Under the pieces are notes generated by a model that saw only the letters and a program-made list of their open reading frames with translations, searched no databases and was not told the DNA's origin. The translations under genes were made by a program, and so were the position numbers. From positions 16,233-48,232 of the forward strand of contig NZ_SNUY01000025.1 in assembly GCF_004376175.1 (NCBI RefSeq): DNA of 32,000 nt. Direction: 5' to 3'. The DNA comes from Halalkalibacterium halodurans (GTDB lineage: Bacteria > Bacillota > Bacilli > Bacillales > Bacillaceae_D). Below are positions 1 to 9,390 of the stretch, in pieces (positions within the stretch are counted from its first letter, which is position 1; each line of letters begins with the position of its first letter).

Positions 1-86
1 ACCGCTGTTACACCTTTTACGAACTCAACGGTCATTTGTTCGGCGAATGATTTAAATCCGACAATTTCTAAACGTTTGAGGAACAT
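1..86 (-). CDS. smc: SMC chromosome segregation ATPase, first 28 codons only (gene runs off the left edge)
   Basis: Minus-strand ATG at 86 preceded by a GTGAGGT SD. The translation MFLKRLEIVGFKSFAEQMTVEFVKGVTA matches the conserved SMC N-terminus just before Walker A. It sits at the expected position downstream of rnc. It is too short to appear in the ORF track. Confidence 0.85.
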   Translation of the reverse strand, partial: MFLKRLEIVGFKSFAEQMTVEFVKGVTA

Positions 87-252
87 CGTTCAAACCTCAC
101 TTTCTACAGCCTATTTATTTTATCATAGAGCGAAGACCAATGGAATCGAATCAAACAAGCTGTTTTTACGTATAAAATCAATAAGACAAAACGTCTTAGG
201 TATGATACGATGTTGCATAATTAGTTCATTACTTAAAGAAAGGACTGTGACC

Positions 253-474
253 ATGAATTTAAACGAGGAAAGCCGAGAAAATGTCGTGTTTATGATCGAG
301 GAAATTAAAAAGAAGCTCCAAGTTGTAAATGGGTCTGTTCTCAACCCAGATAGTGTGGATATGAGCCGCTACGAGGACTTACGAGACATTTATGACATGA
401 TTAAAAAGAAAAACAACTTCAGCGTCAGCGAAATGGATGCGATCGCCGTCGAGCTAGGAAGGCTTCGCAAATAA
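253..474 (+). CDS. Small (73 aa) DUF1128 / UPF0435-like protein (YfkK-like)
   Basis: Internal ATG at 253 of track ORF 76..474, with AAAGGA 8 nt upstream. MNLNEESRENVVFMIEEIKKKLQVVNGS...FSVSEMDAIAVELGRLRK resembles the UPF0435 family pattern as I remember it. A strong terminator follows at 602..641. The family assignment is from memory only. Confidence 0.65.
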   Translation: MNLNEESRENVVFMIEEIKKKLQVVNGSVLNPDSVDMSRYEDLRDIYDMIKKKNNFSVSEMDAIAVELGRLRK

Positions 475-601
475 CAGACGTCTATAATTAAAAAGACTTA
501 GCTTACCACCAGTTTTCCTAGCCTTTTATATCGTGTTTCCATGCCTTTTTGGCTCACTCACTGTTAATGGTGCGAAAAAGGGCTAGGACAAAATACAGTA
601 G

Positions 602-641
602 GAGTGGCACTCACCGCGACGATGAGTGCCACTCTTTTTTT
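602..641 (+). terminator. Rho-independent terminator
   Basis: Perfect 12-bp stem GAGTGGCACTCA / TGAGTGCCACTC (602-613 / 623-634), 9-nt loop, then T7 (635-641). Confidence 0.8.
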
Positions 642-799
642 AGGTGTTATTTTAGATGGGGTGATTGTTTTAAAAGCCACTCGCTTGATGCGACTAACAA
701 CAGACGATCCATGAATCAACAACAAAAAGGTTCGGATCATCAAAATAAAAAAGCCCGAACTTTTTTAATACGTTTGGCCAGTTTTGCCTGAGCCTCTTG

Positions 800-1591
800 T
801 TATTGCTCCTTCTTTTGACTCAATGTAATTAATGCTTGCTGGGCAGCATGTTGCTCGGCCTCTTTCTTTGAGCGACCTGTACCGATTCCGAGCGTCTCAT
901 TGTTCAAAACGACTTCTGAAACAAACTCCCTGTTATGGGCAGGACCCCGCTCTTGGACAATTTCATAGTGGATGTGACCCAAATTATCTCGCTGTATGAA
1001 CTCCTGCAGCTGACTTTTAAAATCCATCATATGAGAAAAAGCACCTTCACTAATTTTCGGGTAAATCGTTCGCTCTAAAAACAAATACACTGCGTCCATT
1101 CCTTGGTCTAAATAAAGAGCTCCGACAAACGATTCAAATACGTCAGCCAATAGCGCGGGACGCTTACGCCCTCCCGTCATTTCTTCCCCTTTCCCAAGTA
1201 ACACAAGCTCCCCAAAATGGAGCTCCTCTGCCAATTGGGCAAGGGATGGCTCACAGACGATCGAAGCACGTAATTTGGTCATATCCCCTTCACTCATCTG
1301 TTCAAACGCCTTATAGAGATATTGCGATACCGCCAATTCCAAAACGGCATCTCCGAGAAATTCCAGACGTTCGTTATCTTTACATGATTGAATTCGATGC
1401 TCATTCACATAGGATGAATGGGTAAATGCTTGAACCAAAAGTTTTTTATTGGCAAACGTTAGATTCAGCGTGCGGAGGAGCTCATCGAACATTTGCTGCT
1501 GTTTTGCTGTGAGCGTTAAACGTTTCGGTTGTCGTCTCCGCTCTGAATGCGAATGATGTCTATGCTTGCGTTGGTTTTTCGAATGTGGCAT
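800..1591 (-). CDS. rnc: Ribonuclease III
   Basis: Strong similarity to B. subtilis Rnc ([55 protein letters not shown]). I trimmed the start from 1642 to the ATG at 1591, which has GGAGG 5 nt upstream. Confidence 0.95.
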   Translation of the reverse strand: MPHSKNQRKHRHHSHSERRRQPKRLTLTAKQQQMFDELLRTLNLTFANKKLLVQAFTHSSYVNEHRIQSCKDNERLEFLGDAVLELAVSQYLYKAFEQMSEGDMTKLRASIVCEPSLAQLAEELHFGELVLLGKGEEMTGGRKRPALLADVFESFVGALYLDQGMDAVYLFLERTIYPKISEGAFSHMMDFKSQLQEFIQRDNLGHIHYEIVQERGPAHNREFVSEVVLNNETLGIGTGRSKKEAEQHAAQQALITLSQKKEQ

Positions 1592-1851
1592 GTCGACCTC
1601 CAAAAACGATAGGACAGTTTTCACGATAAAGTGAAACTCCATTCAGTGAGTTTTTTCAATCACCACTGAATGTTAGTTAAATCAATCGGTTGTTTCTGTG
1701 GCCAGCACGACGCTGTTCACACAGATATTGTCACTCGCTGTGACATTTTAATCCAGTTCTATCCACGTTTACTTCGTTTTTTTACTGCTTGAAGCCTTAA
1801 AATGAAAGTCCTAACGCTAGTTAACGGGATAAAACGAGAAAAGCATGTTGT

Positions 1852-1885
1852 AGAAAAGGAGGTCCCATATAAACACATGGGACCT
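1852..1885 (-). terminator. Rho-independent terminator after acpP
   Basis: 9-bp stem AGGTCCCAT / ATGGGACCT (1860-1868 / 1877-1885), 8-nt loop, followed on the minus strand by CCTTTTCT. Confidence 0.7.
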
Positions 1886-1892
1886 GTTAAAC

Positions 1893-2126
1893 TTACTGAC
1901 GGCCTTCTATGTATTCAACCACATCAGCAACCGTCGCAATTTTTTCTGCTTCTTCATCTGAAATTTCAAGATCGAATTCATCTTCTAGCTCCATTACGAG
2001 CTCAACAACATCAAGAGAATCCGCTCCTAAATCATCTTTAAATGAAGCTTCTGGCTTCACTTCCGCCTCATCAACCCCAAGACGATCAACGACAATTTTA
2101 GTGATACGAGATAATGTATCTGCCAT
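1893..2126 (-). CDS. acpP: Acyl carrier protein
   Basis: [51 protein letters not shown] is near-identical to B. subtilis AcpA, including the DSLD phosphopantetheine site. ATG at 2126 with a GGAGGTGA SD; the track start at 2135 is an upstream GTG. Confidence 0.95.
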   Translation of the reverse strand: MADTLSRITKIVVDRLGVDEAEVKPEASFKDDLGADSLDVVELVMELEDEFDLEISDEEAEKIATVADVVEYIEGRQ

Positions 2127-2169
2127 TATGTTCACCTCCTCTCAAAATGCGCTTCTATAAGCTAGAAGC

Positions 2170-2199
2170 ATTTTAGCTAAAGTTGAAACATCCTGTCAA
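2170..2199 (-). promoter_or_regulatory. Sigma-A type promoter for acpP
   Basis: On the minus strand: TTGACA (2199-2194), 18-nt spacer, TAAAAT (2175-2170). It lies in the fabG-acpP spacer, followed by a 7-bp leader hairpin GCTTCTA/TAGAAGC. Confidence 0.55.
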
Positions 2200-2209
2200 G
2201 ATCCTTTCG

Positions 2210-2950
2210 TTACATGACCATTCCGCCATTTACATGGATCGTCTGTCCTGTTAAGTAAGAAGCATCGTCGGACGCTAAGAAACGAACCGCTTTTGCCACT
2301 TCCTCAGGCTGTCCTAGACGAGCAAGGGGAATTTGCCCTAGCATTTGTGCTTTGACATCTTCCGGCAATTCACCGGTCATATCTGTTTCGATAAACCCTG
2401 GAGCGACCGCATTTACCGTAATATTACGGTTAGCAAGCTCACGGGCAAGTGTTTTCGTTAAGCCAATGACACCTGCTTTGGCCGCAACATAGTTCGCTTG
2501 TCCAGCATTCCCAATGGCACCAACAACAGACGATACGTTAATGATTCGCCCAAACCGCTGCTTCATCATCGGTCGTGTAACAGCTTTCGAACAGTGGAAA
2601 ACTCCTTTTAAATTCGTATCGATCACCGCATCCCAATCTTCTTCTTTCATGCGCATAAATAGGTTGTCTCTTGTAATCCCTGCGTTGTTGACGAGAATAT
2701 CGACTGCACCGAAAGTATCGATCGTCTCTTTGACCATTGCTTGGACCGACTCACTGTCAGCTACATCGGCTTGGATCGCAATTGCCTCCACTCCGAGTTC
2801 TTTAATCTCAGCAACGACTTTTTCCGCTTTCTCCTTATTCCCTGCATAATTGACCACGACATTCGCTCCATGACGTGCCAGTTCCATCGCTGTTGCTCGG
2901 CCAATTCCGCGAGATGCCCCTGTAACAATCGCTGTTTTTCCTTGTAGCAT
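2210..2950 (-). CDS. fabG: 3-oxoacyl-ACP reductase
   Basis: SDR family with TGASRGIG and YxxxK motifs (NYVAAKAG). Conserved position between fabD and acpP. Confidence 0.95.
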   Translation of the reverse strand: MLQGKTAIVTGASRGIGRATAMELARHGANVVVNYAGNKEKAEKVVAEIKELGVEAIAIQADVADSESVQAMVKETIDTFGAVDILVNNAGITRDNLFMRMKEEDWDAVIDTNLKGVFHCSKAVTRPMMKQRFGRIINVSSVVGAIGNAGQANYVAAKAGVIGLTKTLARELANRNITVNAVAPGFIETDMTGELPEDVKAQMLGQIPLARLGQPEEVAKAVRFLASDDASYLTGQTIHVNGGMVM

Positions 2951-2953
2951 CGC

Positions 2954-3895
2954 TTATGCCTCCTGTTCCAATTTTTTTACCATCGCTTCAATGCTTGCCC
3001 GATCACTCACAGAAAAAACATTAACCCGGCGCTGTACTTTGCGGACGAGGCCTGAGAGCACATTTCCTGATCCGATTTCCACGAACGTATCCACTCCGAG
3101 CTCAAGCATGCGACGAACAGTGTCCTCCCAACGAACTGGAGAGTACACTTGCTCAATGAGAGATGAGCGAATGTCAGCGGCTTTTTGAACGAGATCTGCT
3201 GTCACATTGGCAATAACAGGTGGAGCGGCATCAGCGATTGCCAAATCGGCTAACACGGCTTCAAGCTTTTCGGCAGCCGGTTTCATAAGCGATGAATGAA
3301 ACGGTCCGCTCACTTGCAATGGGATCACTCGCTTCGCCCCTGCTTCCTTTGATTCCTCTGATGCTTGTTCGACACCCTCAGCAGAACCTGAGATGACAAT
3401 TTGTCCAGGACAGTTTAAGTTTGCAAGTTCAACGACAGCCCCTGCTTCTGTTACGCGCTTCGTTACTTGTTCTAATTCGTCCCGCTCCATGCCAAGGATG
3501 GCAGCCATTGCTCCTTCGCCGAATGGTACCGCTTCTTCCATAAACAATCCACGGTGATGAACAGCGTACACAGCATCGGCAAACGTTAAAGAGCCTGAAG
3601 CCACAAGGGCACTGTACTCCCCTAGACTATGACCGGCTGTATAATCAGGTTTGATTCCATATTCACGCACGAGCGATAAAACGGCCGTGCTCATCGTCAA
3701 CAAGGCCGGTTGCGTATTTTCCGTCCGGCGCAATTTTTCTTCTGGCCCTTCAAACATAATGCTTGAAAGGGAATAGCCGAGTCTTTCATCCGCCTCGTCA
3801 AAAATCTCTTTTGCTTTTTCCTCTGAAAGTAATTCGCTCCCCATGCCGACAGACTGTGAGCCTTGACCTGGGAATAGAAATGCTACTTTTGCCAT
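2954..3895 (-). CDS. fabD: Malonyl CoA-ACP transacylase
   Basis: FLFPGQGSQ and GHSLGEYSAL motifs. Start trimmed to the ATG at 3895 (MAKVAFLFPGQGSQ), 4 nt after the plsX stop, with the SD inside the plsX 3' end. Confidence 0.95.
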   Translation of the reverse strand: MAKVAFLFPGQGSQSVGMGSELLSEEKAKEIFDEADERLGYSLSSIMFEGPEEKLRRTENTQPALLTMSTAVLSLVREYGIKPDYTAGHSLGEYSALVASGSLTFADAVYAVHHRGLFMEEAVPFGEGAMAAILGMERDELEQVTKRVTEAGAVVELANLNCPGQIVISGSAEGVEQASEESKEAGAKRVIPLQVSGPFHSSLMKPAAEKLEAVLADLAIADAAPPVIANVTADLVQKAADIRSSLIEQVYSPVRWEDTVRRMLELGVDTFVEIGSGNVLSGLVRKVQRRVNVFSVSDRASIEAMVKKLEQEA

Positions 3896-3899
3896 CGTC

Positions 3900-4913
3900 T
3901 CACTCTCCCTTTTCTTCGCTACCTTTTGTCGCCTTGGCAACTTCTGTTTTTATGATCGTCGTCACTTGCTGATTGACCATTTCGTACGCCTGGGCAATCG
4001 TATGATAAACGGAGGATGCCACAGATGAACCATGCGCTTTTATGACTGGCGCCTTCAAACCGAACAACGAAGCCCCACCATATTCGGAGTAGCTCATGAC
4101 TTGTTTGATCTCTTTAAATCGGCCTTTTAATAGAGCGACAGCCAATTTGCTTATAAACGTTTTCGTTAGTTCTCTCTTCAACAAAGAAAACATTGATCCT
4201 GCTATGCCTTCCACACTTTTTAACACCAAATTCCCTGAAAAACCGTCGCAAACGACAACATCGCAAGCCCCGTTCAACAATTCTCGCGCTTCCACGTTAC
4301 CGATAAAATGAAAAGGTCCCGCCTCGAGTAGAGGAAATGCTGCCTTCGTTAATTCATTCCCTTTTCCAGCTTCCGTGCCGACATTTAACAGACCAACTCT
4401 CGGCTGCTTGATGCCCCGCACCATTTCCATATATGTATTACCCATGATCGCATATTGTAACAAATGCTCCGGCTTTCCATCCATATTCGCTCCTACATCG
4501 AGAAGAAGGAACCCTTTCTCATCGAGGGTAGGTAACATAGGGGCTAAGGCTGGCCGGTCAATCCCTTGGATTCTGCCTACATACAAGAGGCCTGCTGTCA
4601 TAAGCGCTCCTGTATTCCCAGAGGAAATGACAGCATCTGCCCGCCCCTCTTTTACTTCTCGAACGGCTAACACCATAGACGAATCCTTTTTACGACGCAC
4701 TGCTGTTGTCGGTTGATCAGTGTCTTCAATTTTCTCCGTCGTATGTAAGATCGGTAACCTCGGATCATTAGCAGGAAGCAAAGGACGGATCTCCTCTTCA
4801 TTCCCGACAAGTGTTATCGTTAAGTCAGGGAATGCTTTCACCGCTTTTATCGCCGCCTCCACATGTGCTTCTGGGGCGTGATCTCCACCCATAACGTCTA
4901 AGGCTATTTTCAT
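3900..4913 (-). CDS. plsX: Phosphate acyltransferase PlsX
   Basis: [15 protein letters not shown]-terminus and full-length similarity to PlsX. Conserved position in the fapR-plsX-fabD-fabG operon. Confidence 0.95.
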   Translation of the reverse strand: MKIALDVMGGDHAPEAHVEAAIKAVKAFPDLTITLVGNEEEIRPLLPANDPRLPILHTTEKIEDTDQPTTAVRRKKDSSMVLAVREVKEGRADAVISSGNTGALMTAGLLYVGRIQGIDRPALAPMLPTLDEKGFLLLDVGANMDGKPEHLLQYAIMGNTYMEMVRGIKQPRVGLLNVGTEAGKGNELTKAAFPLLEAGPFHFIGNVEARELLNGACDVVVCDGFSGNLVLKSVEGIAGSMFSLLKRELTKTFISKLAVALLKGRFKEIKQVMSYSEYGGASLFGLKAPVIKAHGSSVASSVYHTIAQAYEMVNQQVTTIIKTEVAKATKGSEEKGE

Positions 4914-4928
4914 CTGAACCTCTCCATT

Positions 4929-5483
4929 CTATTGAGCAGAACGGTACATCAGGAAATCTCCTGAAAATACGAGCTCCTGCCCCACAAAGCTGTTAACAAC
5001 CACTAAGGTTCGATCCCGCTCTACTTTTTGCACTTCTGCTTTTGCAACCACACGCTCACCAGCTTTTACTTGCCGAGTGAAGCGAATTGTCGCTTTTGCC
5101 GTTAACGCTAGATCATCATCAATGATGGCGACCGCAAGAGAGTTTGCCTGGGCAAACAAATAATGACCTCTCGCAATTCCAGTACGTGAAAAAACATGCT
5201 CCTTTTTCACATCCAGGATGGAAATCGCTCGCTCGTCTAACTGCAAATCCACGATTTCACCAAATACTTCTTCCATCGGAAGGGCTTTGACTTCATCCAG
5301 CTGTTTTTGCGCAACATCTTTAATGCGCTCTCTTAACTCTGGGATCGAGAGTTCCATGCGATCAAGGCGAATCGTCTGGATGCTGACACCAAACCGATCC
5401 GCCAGCGCCTCATCCGTAATAAACGGATTAGCATCGATCGTTTCTTTCAAATGACGTTGCCTATCTTGTTTTTTTCGTTTCAT
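4929..5483 (-). CDS. fapR: Fatty acid/phospholipid synthesis transcriptional repressor FapR
   Basis: [28 protein letters not shown] region and a hot-dog thioesterase-like C-terminus, closely matching B. subtilis FapR. Confidence 0.95.
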   Translation of the reverse strand: MKRKKQDRQRHLKETIDANPFITDEALADRFGVSIQTIRLDRMELSIPELRERIKDVAQKQLDEVKALPMEEVFGEIVDLQLDERAISILDVKKEHVFSRTGIARGHYLFAQANSLAVAIIDDDLALTAKATIRFTRQVKAGERVVAKAEVQKVERDRTLVVVNSFVGQELVFSGDFLMYRSAQ

Positions 5484-5577
5484 GTGCTACCGACCACCGT
5501 ATCACACTTGAATTATTTTCATCATTATGATCAGTCCTTATACGAACGTCAACCAGTTTCTCCCAATCTAAACATAT

Positions 5578-5623
5578 GACTAGGTACTAAGAGTAGTATA
5601 TAATTAAGCCTTGTTTTTTTCAA
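5578..5623 (-). promoter_or_regulatory. fapR operon promoter with putative FapR operator
   Basis: On the minus strand: TTGAAA (5623-5618), 17 nt, TATACT (5600-5595), then TTAGTACCTAGTC (5590-5578) starting 5 nt downstream of the -10. The TTAGTACC core matches my memory of B. subtilis FapR boxes. This has not been verified by a search. Confidence 0.5.
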
Positions 5624-5629
5624 CAAGTT

Positions 5630-7678
5630 TTAGTCAAGCTTCTCTCCATCCAAAACACCCTCGGCCTGCAAATAGGTGACAAGCTCACGGTATTTCGGAT
5701 CTGACCAAAAAGTTTTACTGTTCACAAGTGTAGCTGCATCTTGTCTAGCCGTTTCGAGTGCTCGGTAATCATGAACCACATCCGCCACTTTAAAATCAGG
5801 TAGCCCGCTCTGCTTTGCGCCAAAAAAGTCTCCAGGTCCCCTAAGCTCTAAATCTCTTTCCGAAAGGGTGAAGCCATCATTCGTTTCTGTCATGATGCGC
5901 ATTCGTTCTTTCCCAACCTCCGATTTAGGATCAGCAAGCAAAATGCAATACGACTGATGCTCCCCTCGTCCGACTCTGCCTCTTAATTGGTGTAGCTGGG
6001 CTAATCCGAATCGTTCCGCATCATAAATGACCATGATCGTTGCATTTGGAACGTTCACCCCAACTTCTACGACCGTAGTGGATACGAGAATGTGAATCTT
6101 GTTTTCACTAAATGCGGTCATCACCGTATCCTTTTCCGATGGATGAAGTCGCCCGTGCATTAAGCCTACTTGGAACCTCGGTTCAAAATGCTGTTGCAAA
6201 ATAGAGTGAACGTCAATCGCATTTTGTACGTCAAGCTTTTCTGACTCTTCAATTAGTGGGCAAATGACATACGCTTGTCGACCCTTCGCCAGCTCTTTTT
6301 CCATAAAGTCAAGAACCCTTGTCAGCATATCGTGCTTCGCCCAATACGTTTCGATCTCCTTACGTCCAGCCGGCATTTGATTGATGATCGACACATCCAT
6401 ATCACCAAACGCCGAAATGGCCAACGTTCGAGGAATAGGCGTTGCCGTCATGAATAAGACGTCAGGGTAGGCTCCTTTATCGCGCAACGCCCGCCGTTGC
6501 TCGACACCAAATCGGTGCTGTTCATCTGTGATAACAAGGCCGAGATCATGAAAGGCCACATCGTCTTGAATTAAGGCGTGGGTGCCGATGACGACGTCCA
6601 CATCACCTGCCTTAACCGCCGTTACCGCTGCTTGTCTGCGTTTTCCTTTCACAGAACCGGTCAAAAGGGCCAAACGAACACCGCTCGGCGCAAACAATCG
6701 TTCTAGCGATTGAGCATGCTGTTCCGCTAAAATTTCAGTCGGAACCATCAGTGCCGCTTGCTTTCCGGCCGTGACTGCAGCGAACATGCAAATGGCAGCG
6801 ACGACCGTTTTCCCTGAGCCTACATCACCTTGTAGCAAACGATTCATCCGATAAGGGGAGCTCATATCCGTGAGAATTTCACCTGCGACTTTTTCTTGCG
6901 CTTCTGTAAGCGAAAAAGGAAGAGCTGCAATAAATTGATCCACCTTTTGCTCGTTCACCTTCACAGCTCGACCATTCGATTGCTCTCGGTTCACTTTGCG
7001 AAACGCCTGCATCTTGAGCTGGAAGAAAAGAAATTCTTCATATACCATCCGTCTCCGTGCTTGTTTTAGTGCTTCCCGATCGGACGGCATGTGCAAATGG
7101 ACAACGGCTTCTCGCTTTGACACAAGTTTGTACCGTTCCCTTATCTCAGGTGGGAGCGGGTCGGTGATTTGCTCTCCAAACTGACGTAACGCTACGTGTA
7201 TATACTTTTTCAATGTTTTACTTGTCAGCTTTCCAGATACTGAGTAAATGGGCTCAACGGTTGCTCTTTCCGTATGGTTTCCTTGTTTAACTTCATTGAC
7301 CGTTAATGTGAGTCGATGTTGATCCCATTTCCCGGTCAACGTCACTTCCTGGCCGACCTTAAGCTGCTGCTTTAAAAATGCTCGGTTAAAAAACACGGCC
7401 GTTAAAAGCACATGACCGACAAGTACGCGAACCGACATCCGATTTTTCTTTTTTCCGTAATAGCGGACAGTTGGCTCACTTTGCACGGTGCCGACAACTG
7501 TTGCCCGTTCGTCATGCTTAATCTCTTCAATCGGACGGACTTGATAGTCTTCATAACGAAAAGGAAAGTGCTCAAGCAAATCAAAAACAGAGTATAGCTG
7601 TAAGGAGGCCAACTGTTTGGCTGTTTCATCCCCGATCCCCCTTACTTCCATAACCGGTAAACTCCTCAACTGATTCAT
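5630..7678 (-). CDS. recG: ATP-dependent DNA helicase RecG
   Basis: 682 aa with a wedge domain plus SF2 helicase motifs (GDVGSGKT, DEQHRFG, QLRGRVGRG). Its start overlaps the sdaAA stop (ATGA). Confidence 0.95.
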   Translation of the reverse strand: MNQLRSLPVMEVRGIGDETAKQLASLQLYSVFDLLEHFPFRYEDYQVRPIEEIKHDERATVVGTVQSEPTVRYYGKKKNRMSVRVLVGHVLLTAVFFNRAFLKQQLKVGQEVTLTGKWDQHRLTLTVNEVKQGNHTERATVEPIYSVSGKLTSKTLKKYIHVALRQFGEQITDPLPPEIRERYKLVSKREAVVHLHMPSDREALKQARRRMVYEEFLFFQLKMQAFRKVNREQSNGRAVKVNEQKVDQFIAALPFSLTEAQEKVAGEILTDMSSPYRMNRLLQGDVGSGKTVVAAICMFAAVTAGKQAALMVPTEILAEQHAQSLERLFAPSGVRLALLTGSVKGKRRQAAVTAVKAGDVDVVIGTHALIQDDVAFHDLGLVITDEQHRFGVEQRRALRDKGAYPDVLFMTATPIPRTLAISAFGDMDVSIINQMPAGRKEIETYWAKHDMLTRVLDFMEKELAKGRQAYVICPLIEESEKLDVQNAIDVHSILQQHFEPRFQVGLMHGRLHPSEKDTVMTAFSENKIHILVSTTVVEVGVNVPNATIMVIYDAERFGLAQLHQLRGRVGRGEHQSYCILLADPKSEVGKERMRIMTETNDGFTLSERDLELRGPGDFFGAKQSGLPDFKVADVVHDYRALETARQDAATLVNSKTFWSDPKYRELVTYLQAEGVLDGEKLD

Positions 7679-8562
7679 TTTTTATCGAGGGCCACTCCGA
7701 AAATTTTCGCCTCTAGCTCGCGACCCTTCGGAGTTGCCGCCAACCCTCCCTGTGCCGTTTCTTTATATGCTACAGGCATCGCCTGACCGATTTTATACAT
7801 CGCATCAATCACTTCGTCGGTTGGAATCCTGCTCTGAATTCCAGCAAGCGCCATGTCCGCAGCCGTAATCGCAATGGAGGCGCCAATTGCATTACGTTTC
7901 ACACATGGGACTTCCACAAGTCCGGCCACAGGATCACAGACAAGGCCTAACATATTTTTCAACGCAATCGCCATCGCTTCCGCCGATTGACTTGGCGTTC
8001 CCCCTGCAAGCTCTACAAGGGCGGCCGCAGCCATACCTGTCGCAGATCCAACCTCAGCTTGACAGCCACCAGCAGCACCTGAAATCGACGCATTGTTGGC
8101 AACGACAAAGCCAAAGGCGCCTGACGTAAATAAAAAGCGAACTTTTTGTTCTTTCGTAGGAGATAACCGTTTTTCCATGCCAAACAGGACACCTGGTACA
8201 ACGCCGGACGCCCCAGCTGTTGGCGTCGCACAGATCGTACCCATCGCTGCATTTACTTCATTTGTCGCCACCGCTTTGCTGACAGCATCAAGAACCGTTT
8301 CACTCGATAAATAGTTCCCCTTCTCTAGATAATCTTGCAGCAGTACCGCATCGCCCCCTGTCAAACCAGAAACCGAGCGCACTTGCTCCGTAATCCCTCG
8401 TCTTACGGCCTTTTCCATCACGTCTAAGTGATTTTCCATCTGTTCGATAATCGCTTCACGCGATCGCTCGGTCACTTCGATTTCCTGTCGAATCATAACC
8501 TCGGAAATGGGAATCGCTTGTGATTCTGCTAGCTCCACAAGTTCAGCTACATTGCGAAACAT
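7675..8562 (-). CDS. sdaAA: L-serine dehydratase, alpha subunit
   Basis: Full-length similarity to the iron-sulfur L-serine ammonia-lyase alpha chain (GGCQAEVGSA motif). GGAGG SD. Confidence 0.9.
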   Translation of the reverse strand: MFRNVAELVELAESQAIPISEVMIRQEIEVTERSREAIIEQMENHLDVMEKAVRRGITEQVRSVSGLTGGDAVLLQDYLEKGNYLSSETVLDAVSKAVATNEVNAAMGTICATPTAGASGVVPGVLFGMEKRLSPTKEQKVRFLFTSGAFGFVVANNASISGAAGGCQAEVGSATGMAAAALVELAGGTPSQSAEAMAIALKNMLGLVCDPVAGLVEVPCVKRNAIGASIAITAADMALAGIQSRIPTDEVIDAMYKIGQAMPVAYKETAQGGLAATPKGRELEAKIFGVALDKK

Positions 8563-8630
8563 TCACGTACCTCCTTCGTATCGTTGTTTGATCCATATGC
8601 GTACTCTTCCATATTACAGGATAGCTAAGG

Positions 8631-9293
8631 TTAATCGTGGATTTTCGTGACCGTCACGATGTTAGGTAATCGTTCTAGCTCTTGTAGCAAAAGATCGTCC
8701 ACATTTTGATCCACTTCGATGACCATTAGCGCTTCTTTTCCTTTCTCTTTACGGGAGACTTCCATATGACCAATGTTAATTTCATGCTTTGCTAACATAT
8801 TTGAAACGCTTGCAATTACGCCAAAACGGTCGGTATGGACAACGAGAATCGCTGGATGGTTTCCCGATAGCTTCAAGTGAAAACCGTTTAACTCAACGAT
8901 CTCAATCTTCCCACCGCCGATGGAAACACCGACCACTTCTAATTGATCCTCTCCCTTTTGTAGCACAACTTTCGCCGTATTCGGATGGTCTGTGATCGCT
9001 TCTTCTTCGTGAAAGTACACGCGGACTCCCTTTTCTTTCGCTAACTGTAGTGAGCGGGGAATCCGTGGATCAAACGTATCAAAATCGAGAATTCCCCCTA
9101 CGATTGCCACGTCTGTTCCGTGTCCCTTATATGTTTCTGCAAACGAACCGTAAAAATATATGTCACAACGCTCCGGCTGTTGTCTAAACAGTGTTCGTGC
9201 CACTCGTCCAATCCTGGCAGCGCCAGCTGTATGAGAACTGGATGGCCCAATCATAACGGGCCCGATAATATCAAAAACGGTACGGTACTTCAT
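8631..9293 (-). CDS. sdaAB: L-serine dehydratase, beta subunit
   Basis: FDIIGPVMIGPSSSHTAGA N-terminus and a C-terminal ACT-like domain. Adjacent to sdaAA. Confidence 0.9.
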   Translation of the reverse strand: MKYRTVFDIIGPVMIGPSSSHTAGAARIGRVARTLFRQQPERCDIYFYGSFAETYKGHGTDVAIVGGILDFDTFDPRIPRSLQLAKEKGVRVYFHEEEAITDHPNTAKVVLQKGEDQLEVVGVSIGGGKIEIVELNGFHLKLSGNHPAILVVHTDRFGVIASVSNMLAKHEINIGHMEVSRKEKGKEALMVIEVDQNVDDLLLQELERLPNIVTVTKIHD

Positions 9294-9339
9294 GGGCTGT
9301 GCCTCCCTTTCAACCTTTTTCGTTCACTACATGGATTAA

Positions 9340-9370
9340 CCCCCTACAAAGATTTTGCTTTCGTAGGGGG
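9340..9370 (-). other. GC-rich hairpin between yloV and sdaAB (no U-tract)
   Basis: CCCCCTAC / GTAGGGGG (9340-9347 / 9363-9370), extended by AAAG/CTTT. It is not followed by a T-run on either strand. Confidence 0.4.
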
Positions 9371-9390
9371 CCCTCCTGCTCATTGATAGT

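Noticed and set aside
76-252. N-terminal extensions proposed by the ORF track for the DUF1128-like gene, and likewise for rnc (1592-1642), fabD (3896-3940), rsgA (14101-14130), prpC (16997-17050), gmk (25208-25249), acpP, rpmB, yloB and yloC.
   Set aside because: In each case an internal ATG with a proper SD aligns with the conserved N-terminus of the B. subtilis ortholog. The extensions overlap upstream genes or promoters.
549-791. 80-aa plus-strand ORF in the spacer between the DUF1128-like gene and rnc.
   Set aside because: It runs straight through the strong terminator at 602-641. It has no SD, and its sequence is basic and low-complexity with no recognisable family.
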